Below are positions 1 to 9,914 of a stretch of 64,000 bases of DNA, piece by piece. Within the stretch, counting starts at the first letter, position 1. Each line of letters begins with the position of its first letter. Made by a program: the position numbers and the translations under genes. The notes under the pieces were generated by a model. The model was not told the DNA's origin and made no database searches. It saw nothing but the letters and a program-made list of their open reading frames with translations. The DNA comes from an uncultured Bacilli bacterium (GTDB lineage: Bacteria; Bacillota_I; Bacilli_A; RF39; UBA660): the NCBI GenBank assembly GCA_910588025.1, contig CAJUQG010000001.1, forward strand, positions 152,323 through 216,322. Reading direction: 5' to 3'.

Positions 1-351
1 TTTAGCAAACTCACTAGGTTGTATTCCAAATCCGCCAAGACCAAACCAACTTCTAGAACCATTTCGAACTGTTCCAATTCCAGGAATTAAAACAAGTACT
101 AATAACAAAAAACAAATTCCCAAAATTTTATTGGCATGTTTTTGATAAACTGAATAATCAATTTTTAATAAAGCATTCATTAATACAATTCCTGCCAAAA
201 AGAAAATCCCTTGTGCTTTTACAAACTTAAAAGCATCATGAAACTTATACTCTGCCCAAATACTACTCGCCGAATAAATCATTATAATTCCGAAAAGACC
301 GATGATAAATACAGCGATCATCAAGAAAGTATCTACTCGTTTTGTTTTCAA
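1..351 (-). CDS. SEDS-family protein (FtsW/SpoVE/RodA-like), 5' part only; gene runs off the left edge
   Basis: Not in the ORF track because it leaves the window. My minus-strand translation starts at TTG (351), 7 nt after an AGGGGG SD. It reads LKTKRVDTFLMIAVFIIGLFGIIMIYSASS...RNGSRSWFGLGGFGIQPSEFAK, a typical SEDS N-terminus. The gene lies directly downstream of mraY. Confidence 0.75.
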   Translation of the reverse strand, partial: MKTKRVDTFLMIAVFIIGLFGIIMIYSASSIWAEYKFHDAFKFVKAQGIFFLAGIVLMNALLKIDYSVYQKHANKILGICFLLLVLVLIPGIGTVRNGSRSWFGLGGFGIQPSEFAK

Positions 352-405
352 GTTACATACCCCCTAAAGAATCATATGGCAAAGAAAAAGATTGTATGAA
401 ACAAT

Positions 406-1398
406 CTAAATCCAAACTCCATATGTAATTGCTGCCATGGCTAAAATCAAGCCGACAACCCAAAAGAATTTTACAATATCGCGCTCATCCCAACCAACTT
501 GTTCAAAATGATGATGAAGCGGTGCCATTTTAAAAATTTTACGATGAAATTTACGAATTGCTACAATTTGAATAAAACTAGTAATCGTTTCCACGGCAAA
601 GACGCCACCAACTAAAGCAAGTGATAATTCATGCCGTGTTAAAATAGCGATCGTTGCAAGAGCCCCCCCGAGTGCTAAACTTCCTAAATCACCCATAAAT
701 ATTTTAGCTGGATGCGTATTAAAGAGTAAAAATCCCAGTAAACTTCCTACTAAAATAAAACAGAAAATAGCAACTTCTTGATATCCTTCCATCCAACCAG
801 TATTCCACGAAATGACACCAAAAGCAAAAAAGGCAATGACACAAAGTCCTCCAGCTAAACCATCTAATCCATCCGTAATATTTACTGCATTACTAGTTCC
901 TACTAGCAAAAACAAAATAAACAAACCAAAGGTCCAACCCATCGGAATTACCAAACTTAAAGAAGTAATTCTTAAAATTGGCTCTCCCCCATTTTTCATA
1001 AAAATATAAAAGAAAACCAAAGCAATCACCATTTGAAATAGCAATTTGCTAGGAATTGATAATCCTGCATTATTTTTAAATCGCACTTTCAAAAAATCAT
1101 CAATAAATCCTAACGCAGCATAAGAAAGAAAAACAAAGACTAAAATAATTAAATTATGATTTAAATTAATACTTCCTTTAAAATACAATAAGAGAAGCGA
1201 AACCAACACTGGAATGATAAAGATAAGTCCTCCCATAGTTGGTACTCCATCCTTTTTTAAATGTCTTTCTCCAAGCGTTAAACTAACACTTTGACCCACA
1301 TGTAATTTTCTTAAAAAAGGAATCAAAACTACAGCACATAAAATAGAAAAGATAAATCCCAGCATCATAGCCATGGCTGCTTTTGCAAGTATTAACAC
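406..1398 (-). CDS. mraY: phospho-N-acetylmuramoyl-pentapeptide transferase
   Basis: ORF 406..1434 carries the MraY motifs NITDGLDGLAGG, FMGDLGSLALGG and APLHHHFE and is polytopic. The track start is TTG. GTG at 1398 follows a GAGGTGA SD, so I placed the start there; this is uncertain. Confidence 0.9.
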   Translation of the reverse strand: MLILAKAAMAMMLGFIFSILCAVVLIPFLRKLHVGQSVSLTLGERHLKKDGVPTMGGLIFIIPVLVSLLLLYFKGSINLNHNLIILVFVFLSYAALGFIDDFLKVRFKNNAGLSIPSKLLFQMVIALVFFYIFMKNGGEPILRITSLSLVIPMGWTFGLFILFLLVGTSNAVNITDGLDGLAGGLCVIAFFAFGVISWNTGWMEGYQEVAIFCFILVGSLLGFLLFNTHPAKIFMGDLGSLALGGALATIAILTRHELSLALVGGVFAVETITSFIQIVAIRKFHRKIFKMAPLHHHFEQVGWDERDIVKFFWVVGLILAMAAITYGVWI

Positions 1399-1507
1399 GC
1401 TTCTCACCTCATATCTTATTATACCATTACTCAATATGACAATCTTGTCAGAAACAACATTTTTGACATTTACTTAACAGTAATAGTATATGCCAAGCTC
1501 CTAAATT

Positions 1508-3424
1508 TTATGAACTAAGTAATAATTTAACAACGCCTCCTTCTTTGATGTAATATCCCGCTTTGGGACTTTGATAAGTAACCGTTTCTCCCTCTCCAGA
1601 ATATTCCAATTTAAAACCATTTAATATTTTTTTTGCTTCTTCTAAAGATTTTCCCATCACATCTGGTAACGTCACATATTTTTGATCTAACCAATTATAT
1701 TCCTTAGCCATTCCTTCTTTTGTCGGTTCAAGATTTAACACTTCAATTGCTGTTTGAAAAACACTTTTAGCAATTGGTGCTGACACTACCCCACCATACT
1801 GTGTAACTCCTACAGGATGATCCACAGCCACATAAACAACGATTTCTGGATCATCTGCTGGCATAAATCCCATAAAAGACAAAATATAATTTCCAGACAT
1901 ATATACTCCATTTTGAACTTTTTGGGCAGTTCCTGTTTTTCCTCCAATTCGATAATTTTCAATATAAGCATTTCTTCCTGAACCATTCGCTACTACACTT
2001 TCTAGAGCATGCCTTACCAAAGCACTCGATTCTTCACTAATTACTTGTCTAACGAATTTAGGACTATTCATTTGAATGACCGCATTTGTCTCAGGCTCTA
2101 ACATACTTCCTACAATAAAAGGGGTATAAAGTTTTCCGCCATTAATCGCCGCAGATACCGCCGTAACTTGTTGAATTGGAGTCACCGAAATTCCTTGACC
2201 AAAACTAGTTGTTGCAAGTTCAACAGGTCCCATTTTCTCTGGTTTAAACAAAATTCCATTACTTTCTCCATTTAAATCGATTCCGGTTTTAGCTCCAAAT
2301 CCAAATGACCGAATATATTTCATAAGTGTTTCAGTTCCCAGTTTCTGCCCCATCACCACAAATCCTGGGTTGCAAGAATTTTCCACCACATTTAAAAACT
2401 TTTGTGCTCCATGACCCCCATGTTTCCAACAGTGAATCGTTGCGCCCTCTACTTGTATAGACCCGCCATCAAAATAATCATCTTCAAATAAATTAATTGT
2501 TTTTTCTTGTACTGATGCTGCAAGCGTCATAATCTTAAACGTTGACCCTGGTTCATATGTCATCCAAATAGGCAAATTACGATTAATAACTTCAATCGAA
2601 GAAGACTTATAATCATTAGAATCAAAAGCTGGACGACTTGCCATGGCTAAAATTTCTCCAGTTTTAGGATTCATCGCCATAATAAGAGCATGTTCTGGTG
2701 TATATTTACTCATAACATTATCTAGTTCTCGTTCCGCTGCAAGTTGAATATCCAAATCAATCGTTAACTTTAAATTAATACCATTTTGTGGTTCTTCATA
2801 CACTTCTGTAAGTTCCAGACGATTTCCTTTTCCATCCGAAAAATACTTAATCGCCCCATTCTCACCCGTTAAATATTTATCATAATAAAGCTCTAAACCA
2901 GACAAACCTTGATTATCAATTCCCACATAGCCCAAAACATGCGATAACACCTGTCCATAAGGATAATAACGTTTACTTTCCTTAACCAAATAAACTCCAT
3001 CAAATCCTAATTCATCAATTTTCGATGCCACTTCATAAGAAAGTTGACGGCCCTCAGGATGAACTCGTTCAATACTAGTTTTCTTCGTCACATGTTTTAG
3101 CATATCCTCATAATCACTATTCAAAATTTCTGATAAAGATTTTGCCACTTCTTCGGCATTCGTAATTTGATTTGGAATGATAACCAAAGAAGTAGTTGTA
3201 ATATTGGTTGCTAATACTTTCCCATTTCGATCTAATATTTCTCCACGGTCCGCCGTAATCGGCAGTTCTCGACTCCATAAAGATTCCGCTAACGAATTTA
3301 ATTTATCATATTGGAATACTTGAATATAAAAAACACGAAGTACAATACATATCAAAATACAAAGAACTACTAAAAATACAAACCGAATTCTAGTATGAAC
3401 ATCATGAAAAAACATACGCCTCAC
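1508..3424 (-). CDS. class B penicillin-binding protein, SpoVD/PBP2B-type with one C-terminal PASTA domain
   Basis: N-terminal TM anchor. Transpeptidase motifs STFK (SxxK), SCN (SxN) and KTGTA (KTG). One PASTA-like repeat at the C-terminus. It occupies the spoVD slot upstream of mraY. Confidence 0.85.
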   Translation of the reverse strand: MRRMFFHDVHTRIRFVFLVVLCILICIVLRVFYIQVFQYDKLNSLAESLWSRELPITADRGEILDRNGKVLATNITTTSLVIIPNQITNAEEVAKSLSEILNSDYEDMLKHVTKKTSIERVHPEGRQLSYEVASKIDELGFDGVYLVKESKRYYPYGQVLSHVLGYVGIDNQGLSGLELYYDKYLTGENGAIKYFSDGKGNRLELTEVYEEPQNGINLKLTIDLDIQLAAERELDNVMSKYTPEHALIMAMNPKTGEILAMASRPAFDSNDYKSSSIEVINRNLPIWMTYEPGSTFKIMTLAASVQEKTINLFEDDYFDGGSIQVEGATIHCWKHGGHGAQKFLNVVENSCNPGFVVMGQKLGTETLMKYIRSFGFGAKTGIDLNGESNGILFKPEKMGPVELATTSFGQGISVTPIQQVTAVSAAINGGKLYTPFIVGSMLEPETNAVIQMNSPKFVRQVISEESSALVRHALESVVANGSGRNAYIENYRIGGKTGTAQKVQNGVYMSGNYILSFMGFMPADDPEIVVYVAVDHPVGVTQYGGVVSAPIAKSVFQTAIEVLNLEPTKEGMAKEYNWLDQKYVTLPDVMGKSLEEAKKILNGFKLEYSGEGETVTYQSPKAGYYIKEGGVVKLLLSS

Positions 3425-3473
3425 CTAATCCAATATATTAGTTAAGTTGTATGTTTTAGAACCAATTATAAAA

Positions 3474-4517
3474 TCATTCCTTCATCTTAAAATAAATGAT
3501 CCAGCTAATAAATCCCTCAATCATAAGATAAAACCAGAACAGAAGAAAAATAATAGGAGAAAAAAGCTGAAACGAAACGGCAAACAAAAAGAAAAAGAAA
3601 CCCAAAAATATCATACAAAACTTGATAAGAAAAAAGGGTGAAAAAAGTAAATATTCCAACAAAGATGGAAAAGAACGATAAAATCCGATCGTACTTGGCA
3701 TTATCGCAATAGCATCTTCCATTTCATGATCCCAACAATACTCATAAAAACGAGCCATAAAATGAGATATCGTTTCATCCTCTTGCAATCCGTTTAATGT
3801 AAAAATCATTTCTTTTTTGAGCAGCCACAAAGACTTTTCTCCTTCATCACGAACACGTTTCGAATAACTCATAACTGCTTTTCGATAATAGAAAAAATTA
3901 AAATAATCAAACGTACTCTCCTTTTTTTTCAAACTCATTCGCCCCCGACTGGCAACCATAGAAGAAGAACGAAGCATTTGATAAATCATTTGCGATAAAG
4001 CATCTTTTGTCATTTCAATATCTTCATCTAATAAGATTACATAAGGATATTTTGACAAATTAATTCCCGCATGATAAGCATCTCTTACACTACTTTTTTC
4101 TTTCTGTACTAAAGTAATTCCCACATGTTCGCTCATTCCCTCATAAATATTCAAAATTCGTTCAGTCGCAAAACGATTTCGATAAGGATGTTGCATTTTT
4201 TCAAGACCATACGTTTTTGTAATGTGACTTAACAACATTTCATCAGTTTCATCATACACTAACACAATTTCATAACTAGGATAAGTAAAAGACAATAACA
4301 TAGATAAGTAAGTTACTAATTCTTTTTCATCACTTTTGATAGGAACAATAATAGAAATAGGCACACAAGCACGATTTGTAAACACTGGAACATCATGACC
4401 TTTTGCTTGCGAAATCATAACGCGTTTTAATTGAATTGCCATCTTTAAAATTAAGAAAACAGAAAGTAAAACATAATAACTACTAAAAAAGAATACCATC
4501 CACTTTAATAACTCCAT
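3474..4517 (-). CDS. membrane-bound family 2 glycosyltransferase
   Basis: N-terminal TM helix, then the GT-A signature ISIIVPIKSDEKE...YEIVLVYDETDE and a DxD-like ILLDEDIE. Two to three C-terminal TM helices. I saw no QxxRW processivity motif. Confidence 0.75.
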   Translation of the reverse strand: MELLKWMVFFFSSYYVLLSVFLILKMAIQLKRVMISQAKGHDVPVFTNRACVPISIIVPIKSDEKELVTYLSMLLSFTYPSYEIVLVYDETDEMLLSHITKTYGLEKMQHPYRNRFATERILNIYEGMSEHVGITLVQKEKSSVRDAYHAGINLSKYPYVILLDEDIEMTKDALSQMIYQMLRSSSMVASRGRMSLKKKESTFDYFNFFYYRKAVMSYSKRVRDEGEKSLWLLKKEMIFTLNGLQEDETISHFMARFYEYCWDHEMEDAIAIMPSTIGFYRSFPSLLEYLLFSPFFLIKFCMIFLGFFFFLFAVSFQLFSPIIFLLFWFYLMIEGFISWIIYFKMKE

Positions 4518-4520
4518 ACT

Positions 4521-5576
4521 TTAGTTTCCTTTCTCAAATAATTGTAATTGATATTTTAATGCTTCATAAGCATATTTGTCATTGATTTGACGTAACATTT
4601 CCTTTACAACTTCTCTTCTATTATTTTTTACCAAACTACCAGCAGCATTATGTCTTACATACCAACTATAACTCCCCAAAGCTGCAAGTAAATGATTATT
4701 GGTTTCCTTAGATGGATAATTTCCCAAGGCCTTAGCAGCAATTGCTGCCTCCTCCCAAGAAAGAACATCATTTTTTATCATTTCATACAAAACTGGAACA
4801 GCTTTTTTATATACCACTTGCGCAAAATAGCGAATACATGCAATGTGTACTTCTTTATCTTTTTTATTATCTTGAAGAAAACTCAAAATCGCGGAACTAA
4901 TATCCAATTTTTGATATCCCAAATAATCAATACAAGCAATACAATAACAATCACGATATTTTTTGATATCTTTACCAATAAATTCCTTAAGTAATTTGGC
5001 ATCTCCTTGAAATTGTAATAGACTATTGGTAATTAATTTCGCATTGTGTTCCACTACGTGCTGATTCATCAAAAGCAATGTTTTTCGTAACAAAGTAGAA
5101 TTACCAAAACGATTGATTCCTAAAAATGCCCAATCTCGAATCGCAAAATGCGTAGAAATCGCACTCTCTGCCATATAAGAAAGCAAAGGATTATCCTTAC
5201 CTTCCATACATTTTGGATACTGAGTCAAAAATTTTAAAAATAATACTTGATAACGAATCGAAGCGGTTCTAACAAATGGTAATAGTTGCAACAAGAATTC
5301 TCCAACCACTTTCAAAAAACGCTCTTGGTCTTTTTTTGATAAACCATCGAACCAATGATAAAATTCTAAGAAAAAACACTCCTTTTTCAAATAAGACAAG
5401 AGAAATTCCAACTCTTGATTTTCTTGACTCAAAAAATAATTTTGTAAATATTTCTGAAAATCTTTACGTTTTTGTCCTATCCGACAAGCTCTCATCCATG
5501 AAATCAAAAAGAAAATCAAAAAAAATCCAAATACAAAACTCAAAAAAGTAACCATTTTTGGTACGATAAGTTCCAT
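4521..5576 (-). CDS. membrane-anchored HEAT-repeat protein, function unknown
   Basis: One N-terminal TM helix (VTFLSFVFGFFLIFFLISW). The rest is helical-repeat sequence, with HEAT/PBS-lyase-like repeats at the C-terminus (AAIAAKALGNYP, SWYVRHNAAGSLVKN). It lies 3 nt upstream of the GT2 gene. Confidence 0.6.
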   Translation of the reverse strand: MELIVPKMVTFLSFVFGFFLIFFLISWMRACRIGQKRKDFQKYLQNYFLSQENQELEFLLSYLKKECFFLEFYHWFDGLSKKDQERFLKVVGEFLLQLLPFVRTASIRYQVLFLKFLTQYPKCMEGKDNPLLSYMAESAISTHFAIRDWAFLGINRFGNSTLLRKTLLLMNQHVVEHNAKLITNSLLQFQGDAKLLKEFIGKDIKKYRDCYCIACIDYLGYQKLDISSAILSFLQDNKKDKEVHIACIRYFAQVVYKKAVPVLYEMIKNDVLSWEEAAIAAKALGNYPSKETNNHLLAALGSYSWYVRHNAAGSLVKNNRREVVKEMLRQINDKYAYEALKYQLQLFEKGN

Positions 5577-5588
5577 AAATAACCTCCT

Positions 5589-7061
5589 TTAAGACTTAGA
5601 AGAAAAAGTAGCATCTTCATCAAAAAATATAAAATACTTCCATACACTATTTTGATAAACTAACTCATAATCATAAGGAATTTTAAAATACTCCTTAAAC
5701 GTTCTAATATGATAATCCCCTGTTGGTGTAAGTCCCCACGCCAAATATTCTGGAGCCATATATACATTCACCGGATTCCCTTGTTCTAAATCACTTTGGA
5801 TACTTTGCTTCAAAACTTGAGAAAAACAATTTAAATTATAACAGGCAATTCCATAAATACCACAAGTAAGTAATAGAAGAAAGGATAAGAAAATCACCAA
5901 AAACTTAGGAACCACTATCACATCATCTAAAACAAACAGAAAACTAACCGAACTACAAAGTACCCATAAAAGTGAAGTTCGACTACTTATGCTAGGAGTT
6001 GCCATCATAACGATATTAGATAATAACCCTACTCCCAGTAAAATTCCATAAAACCATAATTTATCAAAATCATTTCGGTAAAAAGAAACAACTAGAAAGA
6101 GCAGATACAAAAACCAAACGATCCAACAAACAATATAGAGCCATGGAAAATGCCAAGCATGACTATAGCATAAAATAGGAAAAATGAAAACAATACCGAT
6201 AGAAATTATTTGCATCATGCGTTTAGAAAATACCCGAAATGTTAAAAAAAGACCTGATACTATCATAAGAAAAATTAAATAATAATTTTCTCCAAAAGTA
6301 TATTGTATAAAAGACGGAAAATTAAATTCAATTTGTTGCAAAAAAGATAATTCATAAAAAGCTGTCTCCATCATACTTCTTTTCAAAGATCCTGGACTCA
6401 TAAACATTAGAAAAGTTCCCAAGATAGAAAGAATAATATTAATGAGATATACTTTATTAAAACACTTTGTTTGATAATACTCTAAGAGTAATATTAGAAT
6501 ATGTAAGACAACAAAACTAATCGCAATATTTTCAACAAACATGGGCGATAAAAAGGAAAAACAAAAAGAACCTAATAAAAGCCATTTAGAAAAAACTTTT
6601 TTTCCTTTCAAAAAATAAAAATAGCAAAAAAAGTAACCAAGTAATAACATCGAAGGAAACAAATAAGTAATACTTCCGGCAACCCATAAAATAGTTTGTG
6701 TAAATAGTGGATTATCCAAAAACAAAAAAACACCAAAAAATAAGAGAAAAAAGATTTGTTTATGCCGTAGATTTCCAAAATGTTCTATAACAAACATTAC
6801 TCCAGCAATCAAAAGTCCTACCAAAATAGCAAACCAAAACTTATAATAAGTCAAAAAATTAATCAATAACCGACTAACAAAACGTCCTTCCCAATCAAAG
6901 TACATTCCAATCGCTTGCCCAACCATATGACGTAGTCCTTGACTTCCCACCATATAATTATGCCAATCATCCCCACAAATGGGTGCTAAAAAAGTAATCA
7001 ATGCAAAAAAGCCAAAAACAAAAATATACTTTGTACCTTGGAAACGCAATACCCTACTCAT
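5589..7061 (-). CDS. large polytopic membrane protein, probable GT-C-type glycosyltransferase (DUF6056-like)
   Basis: About 12 or more predicted TM helices. There is an early acidic loop motif, APICGDDWHNYM...DWEGRFVSR, of the kind seen in GT-C/DUF6056 membrane proteins. It sits between the LCP and HEAT genes. Confidence 0.55.
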   Translation of the reverse strand: MSRVLRFQGTKYIFVFGFFALITFLAPICGDDWHNYMVGSQGLRHMVGQAIGMYFDWEGRFVSRLLINFLTYYKFWFAILVGLLIAGVMFVIEHFGNLRHKQIFFLLFFGVFLFLDNPLFTQTILWVAGSITYLFPSMLLLGYFFCYFYFLKGKKVFSKWLLLGSFCFSFLSPMFVENIAISFVVLHILILLLEYYQTKCFNKVYLINIILSILGTFLMFMSPGSLKRSMMETAFYELSFLQQIEFNFPSFIQYTFGENYYLIFLMIVSGLFLTFRVFSKRMMQIISIGIVFIFPILCYSHAWHFPWLYIVCWIVWFLYLLFLVVSFYRNDFDKLWFYGILLGVGLLSNIVMMATPSISSRTSLLWVLCSSVSFLFVLDDVIVVPKFLVIFLSFLLLLTCGIYGIACYNLNCFSQVLKQSIQSDLEQGNPVNVYMAPEYLAWGLTPTGDYHIRTFKEYFKIPYDYELVYQNSVWKYFIFFDEDATFSSKS

Positions 7062-7129
7062 AAATAACGTAACTCCTCACTGCCAGTTTAACATGAATAT
7101 CTTTTCTTTTTCAAGATATCCTAAACCAG

Positions 7130-8581
7130 TTATTCCAACAAAGCTTTAATAGCTGCCACTGCTGCATTTACAGTATCCATATCTGGATTCATCACATAAC
7201 TACGTAAATTTGTTAAATGTACAAAATTCTCTCCATCCACACCATTTACAGACTGCTCTTTGATTTCCCAATTTGCTCCATCAATTGTCTCTTTAATCAA
7301 ATCAGTAATAACCTCTCTTGGAATATTCGTTTGATACAAATCATTTAAAGAATTCAAAATATTATTATAATTGGTAATCGTATTCGTAGTTAATAATTGT
7401 TTAAAAATAGCTTTTATGATTTGTTGACAATTCTTTTGACGTTGTCGGTCACCACCTGGAAAAGCTAATCTTTCACGGGCAACAGTCAATGTCTCAATTC
7501 CATTAAAATGATGACATCCCTTAGTAACATACATCTTTTCTCCATGTTTATCGTTATAATCATCTAATATCTTAGCGTGCGTTGTTTGAAAATTAACATC
7601 AGAGCAATACTCTATTCCTCCAATTTCATCGACAATACCAACTAAACTACGTGTTTGTATTTTAATATAATATCCTAAATCTATCCCTAAAAACTCTTCC
7701 AAAGATTTTCGATTGGTTTCAATTCCTCGAGCTCCCATAAAACTTAAAGTATCTCTCTGTCCTTGAAATCCAGAAACAGGAATATAATAATCTCTTGGAA
7801 AACTTGTCATCAAAATCTGATGAGTCGCCATATTGATAGTAACCACCATATTAAAATCCATCAAACTATTGGTAAAGTCATTCCCTCCAATATAAATATT
7901 AAATTTATTCGCCTTAGATAAAACTTCATTATCAACTTCAGTATCAAATTTTATTTCCTCTAAAACTTTAAACTGCTCCTGTTTCAAATCTTTATTAATA
8001 TCAAAAACCAAATTAAAATTAGTTTGCTCCACTAACATCACTGGAATTGCTTGAGCAAGAACATTTTGAAACATAGTAATGACATCATCATAAGGAGCAA
8101 AAGAATATTCCACTCCTCCTTTATTTCGTAAGCGATTCATCGCCTCATCCATCAAAGAAGATCCATGATAATACCCAATGGATGAAGTAATAGAAGAAAG
8201 ATCTTCTAAAGTACTTTCCTTTGCTGCGACTAAATAATAAACAGTAGTATAACTAGATTTTCGATTACGAAAAGATTGATTTAAAAAAGCATCTGTATGA
8301 TATAAATAATAGGTTCCAATTAAACTGAGACAGCCAAAAATTACCAATAAGAAAAAAGACATAATTTTAAGACCTTTTTTAAATTTAAAGATGGCAAACA
8401 CCGAAAAACTAGCAAGCAAACCAAAACTTATGACAATCATCAAATAATAAAAGCTTGGTAAAATATCTAGTTTACCTAAAAATACTAAAAAAATGCCCAT
8501 GAAAACAGTTGCTAAAATTCCCATTATTTTAAAAGCCAATAATAATTTAGTGTTCATTTTTTTCTTCTGTTTTTTTGCCAT
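7130..8581 (-). CDS. LytR-CpsA-Psr (LCP) family glycopolymer-peptidoglycan ligase
   Basis: TM region followed by an LCP core (FPRDYYIPVSG..RDTLSFMGARGIETNRKSLEEFLGIDLGYYIKIQ). The track start is GTG. ATG at 8581 follows an AAGAGGTGGA SD. Confidence 0.85.
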   Translation of the reverse strand: MAKKQKKKMNTKLLLAFKIMGILATVFMGIFLVFLGKLDILPSFYYLMIVISFGLLASFSVFAIFKFKKGLKIMSFFLLVIFGCLSLIGTYYLYHTDAFLNQSFRNRKSSYTTVYYLVAAKESTLEDLSSITSSIGYYHGSSLMDEAMNRLRNKGGVEYSFAPYDDVITMFQNVLAQAIPVMLVEQTNFNLVFDINKDLKQEQFKVLEEIKFDTEVDNEVLSKANKFNIYIGGNDFTNSLMDFNMVVTINMATHQILMTSFPRDYYIPVSGFQGQRDTLSFMGARGIETNRKSLEEFLGIDLGYYIKIQTRSLVGIVDEIGGIEYCSDVNFQTTHAKILDDYNDKHGEKMYVTKGCHHFNGIETLTVARERLAFPGGDRQRQKNCQQIIKAIFKQLLTTNTITNYNNILNSLNDLYQTNIPREVITDLIKETIDGANWEIKEQSVNGVDGENFVHLTNLRSYVMNPDMDTVNAAVAAIKALLE

Positions 8582-8676
8582 AATCCACCTCTTAAATCCC
8601 ACGACTCTTCATAAAAACTATATCAAAAAAAAAGAAGAAGCGCAAACATTCTTCTTCTAAAATTGACAAGCAGAAG

Positions 8677-9210
8677 TTAATCCAAATCAGAATATTTTCG
8701 AATGAGCGAACGCATGTAAGTATCATTTAAAATCTGCTCTTCTTCTAAAAACTTTTGAGCCAAAATAGGAGTTTCATATTTCAAGTCTTCTTCTTCCTTA
8801 TGTTGACTAATCGTTAAAGTCCCTTTCGTCAATTGAAAAAACTCATACCATTTCCGTAAATAAATTTTTTCTATTTCAGACAAAACGGCTGGACAATAAC
8901 AAATACCATAACCTGGAAAATAAGGTGCTATCGTTTTAATTTGCATAATCATATCTTGTCGCTTCACAAGCAAATGAGCTGCTCCATAAAATTTCAATTG
9001 ATTTAACATTTGATAAACGAAAGAATCCTGTAAAATAAGCCCTTCTTCCATCATATTTAATAAAATGATACTATGAAAATCAATAGATTCAGATGAAACA
9101 TGATAAACTGTTTTATGTGGTAAAGCAGTAAGATCTGAATAAACATAATCAAGTGTGATTGACTTCATTGCATTTAATTCTTTTTCATGAAATAAATTTG
9201 CCTTCATCAT
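8677..9210 (-). CDS. hypothetical protein
   Basis: Roughly 177-aa ORF with a GGTGAGGGGGA SD ahead of tandem ATGs at 9210 and 9207. No recognisable motif and no TM helix. Confidence 0.5.
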   Translation of the reverse strand: MMKANLFHEKELNAMKSITLDYVYSDLTALPHKTVYHVSSESIDFHSIILLNMMEEGLILQDSFVYQMLNQLKFYGAAHLLVKRQDMIMQIKTIAPYFPGYGICYCPAVLSEIEKIYLRKWYEFFQLTKGTLTISQHKEEEDLKYETPILAQKFLEEEQILNDTYMRSLIRKYSDLD

Positions 9211-9248
9211 AATCCCCCTCACCAGAGATTATAACATATTGCTTCAAT

Positions 9249-9371
9249 TTATAATATCTTTTTTCTTTCTTTTTGTTGCTCTTCCAATTTTGCAATTCGG
9301 GACGAAATAATACAGCAAGGAACACAAATCAAAAAAACCAAAAATAGCCATCCAAGAATAATCATAGCCAT
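9249..9371 (-). CDS. small membrane peptide (40 aa), hypothetical
   Basis: Below the ORF-track size cutoff. AAGGAGAG SD directly upstream of the ATG at 9371. Translation is MAMIILGWLFLVFLICVPCCIISSRIAKLEEQQKERKKIL: one TM helix plus a charged tail. It lies just downstream of a hairpin that follows vanZ. Confidence 0.45.
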   Translation of the reverse strand: MAMIILGWLFLVFLICVPCCIISSRIAKLEEQQKERKKIL

Positions 9372-9396
9372 CTCTCCTTAACGTAAATACTACAAA

Positions 9397-9414
9397 AAGC
9401 GACGAATATCGCTT
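9397..9414 (-). terminator. weak hairpin after the VanZ-like gene
   Basis: The minus strand reads AAGCGA-tattcg-TCGCTT followed by TTTGTAGTATTT. The stem is 6 bp and the T-tract is short. Confidence 0.3.
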
Positions 9415-9452
9415 AGTAATAATATAGACAATTAAAAAGAAATTATGCCAGT

Positions 9453-9914
9453 TTACCCTTTCTTTTTAAACCAACACGAAAGAAAAAAATACGGAATCAA
9501 ACTGAGTAAAGCTCCACAACTATCTAATAAAACATCAAGTGCTTTTCCATCACGATCAGCTACAAACACTTGATGTAATTCATCCATGCACGCATAAGTA
9601 ACACAAATGAAAAACGATAACAAAAACCGTTGCCAAAGCATCATTTTATATTCTCCTAAAAGCGTATAACAAATAATTCCTAAAACAAAGAAAATACTTA
9701 AATGAGCCCACTTACGAACGAAAAAAGACAAATTATAAGAGTACAAAAATGTATGGTCAAAAATATTTTTAAGCCAATCCACCACTCGATTTGACATTGC
9801 TAAACTTTGGTCTCCTTGTTTCGAAGAACAATAATAAATAAAAAGAAGCCATATAATTAATAATAGCCACTTAAAAAACTTCTTTTTATTAATCTTCGAT
9901 GTAATAGTTTCCAT
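9453..9914 (-). CDS. VanZ-like family membrane protein
   Basis: Four TM helices with VanZ-like blocks (RKWAHLSIFFVLG, DELHQVFVADRDG). It overlaps the cpsD-like gene by 26 nt. Confidence 0.7.
   Translation of the reverse strand: METITSKINKKKFFKWLLLIIWLLFIYYCSSKQGDQSLAMSNRVVDWLKNIFDHTFLYSYNLSFFVRKWAHLSIFFVLGIICYTLLGEYKMMLWQRFLLSFFICVTYACMDELHQVFVADRDGKALDVLLDSCGALLSLIPYFFLSCWFKKKG

Noticed and set aside
3922-3929. A8 homopolymer (Lys codons) inside the membrane GT2 gene, and similar A/T7-8 runs in the LCP and other genes, as possible phase-variation switches.
   Set aside because: In a genome this AT-rich, AAA-Lys runs of 7-8 nt are expected by chance. There is no evidence of variation within a single sequence, and the tracts are shorter than typical contingency loci.
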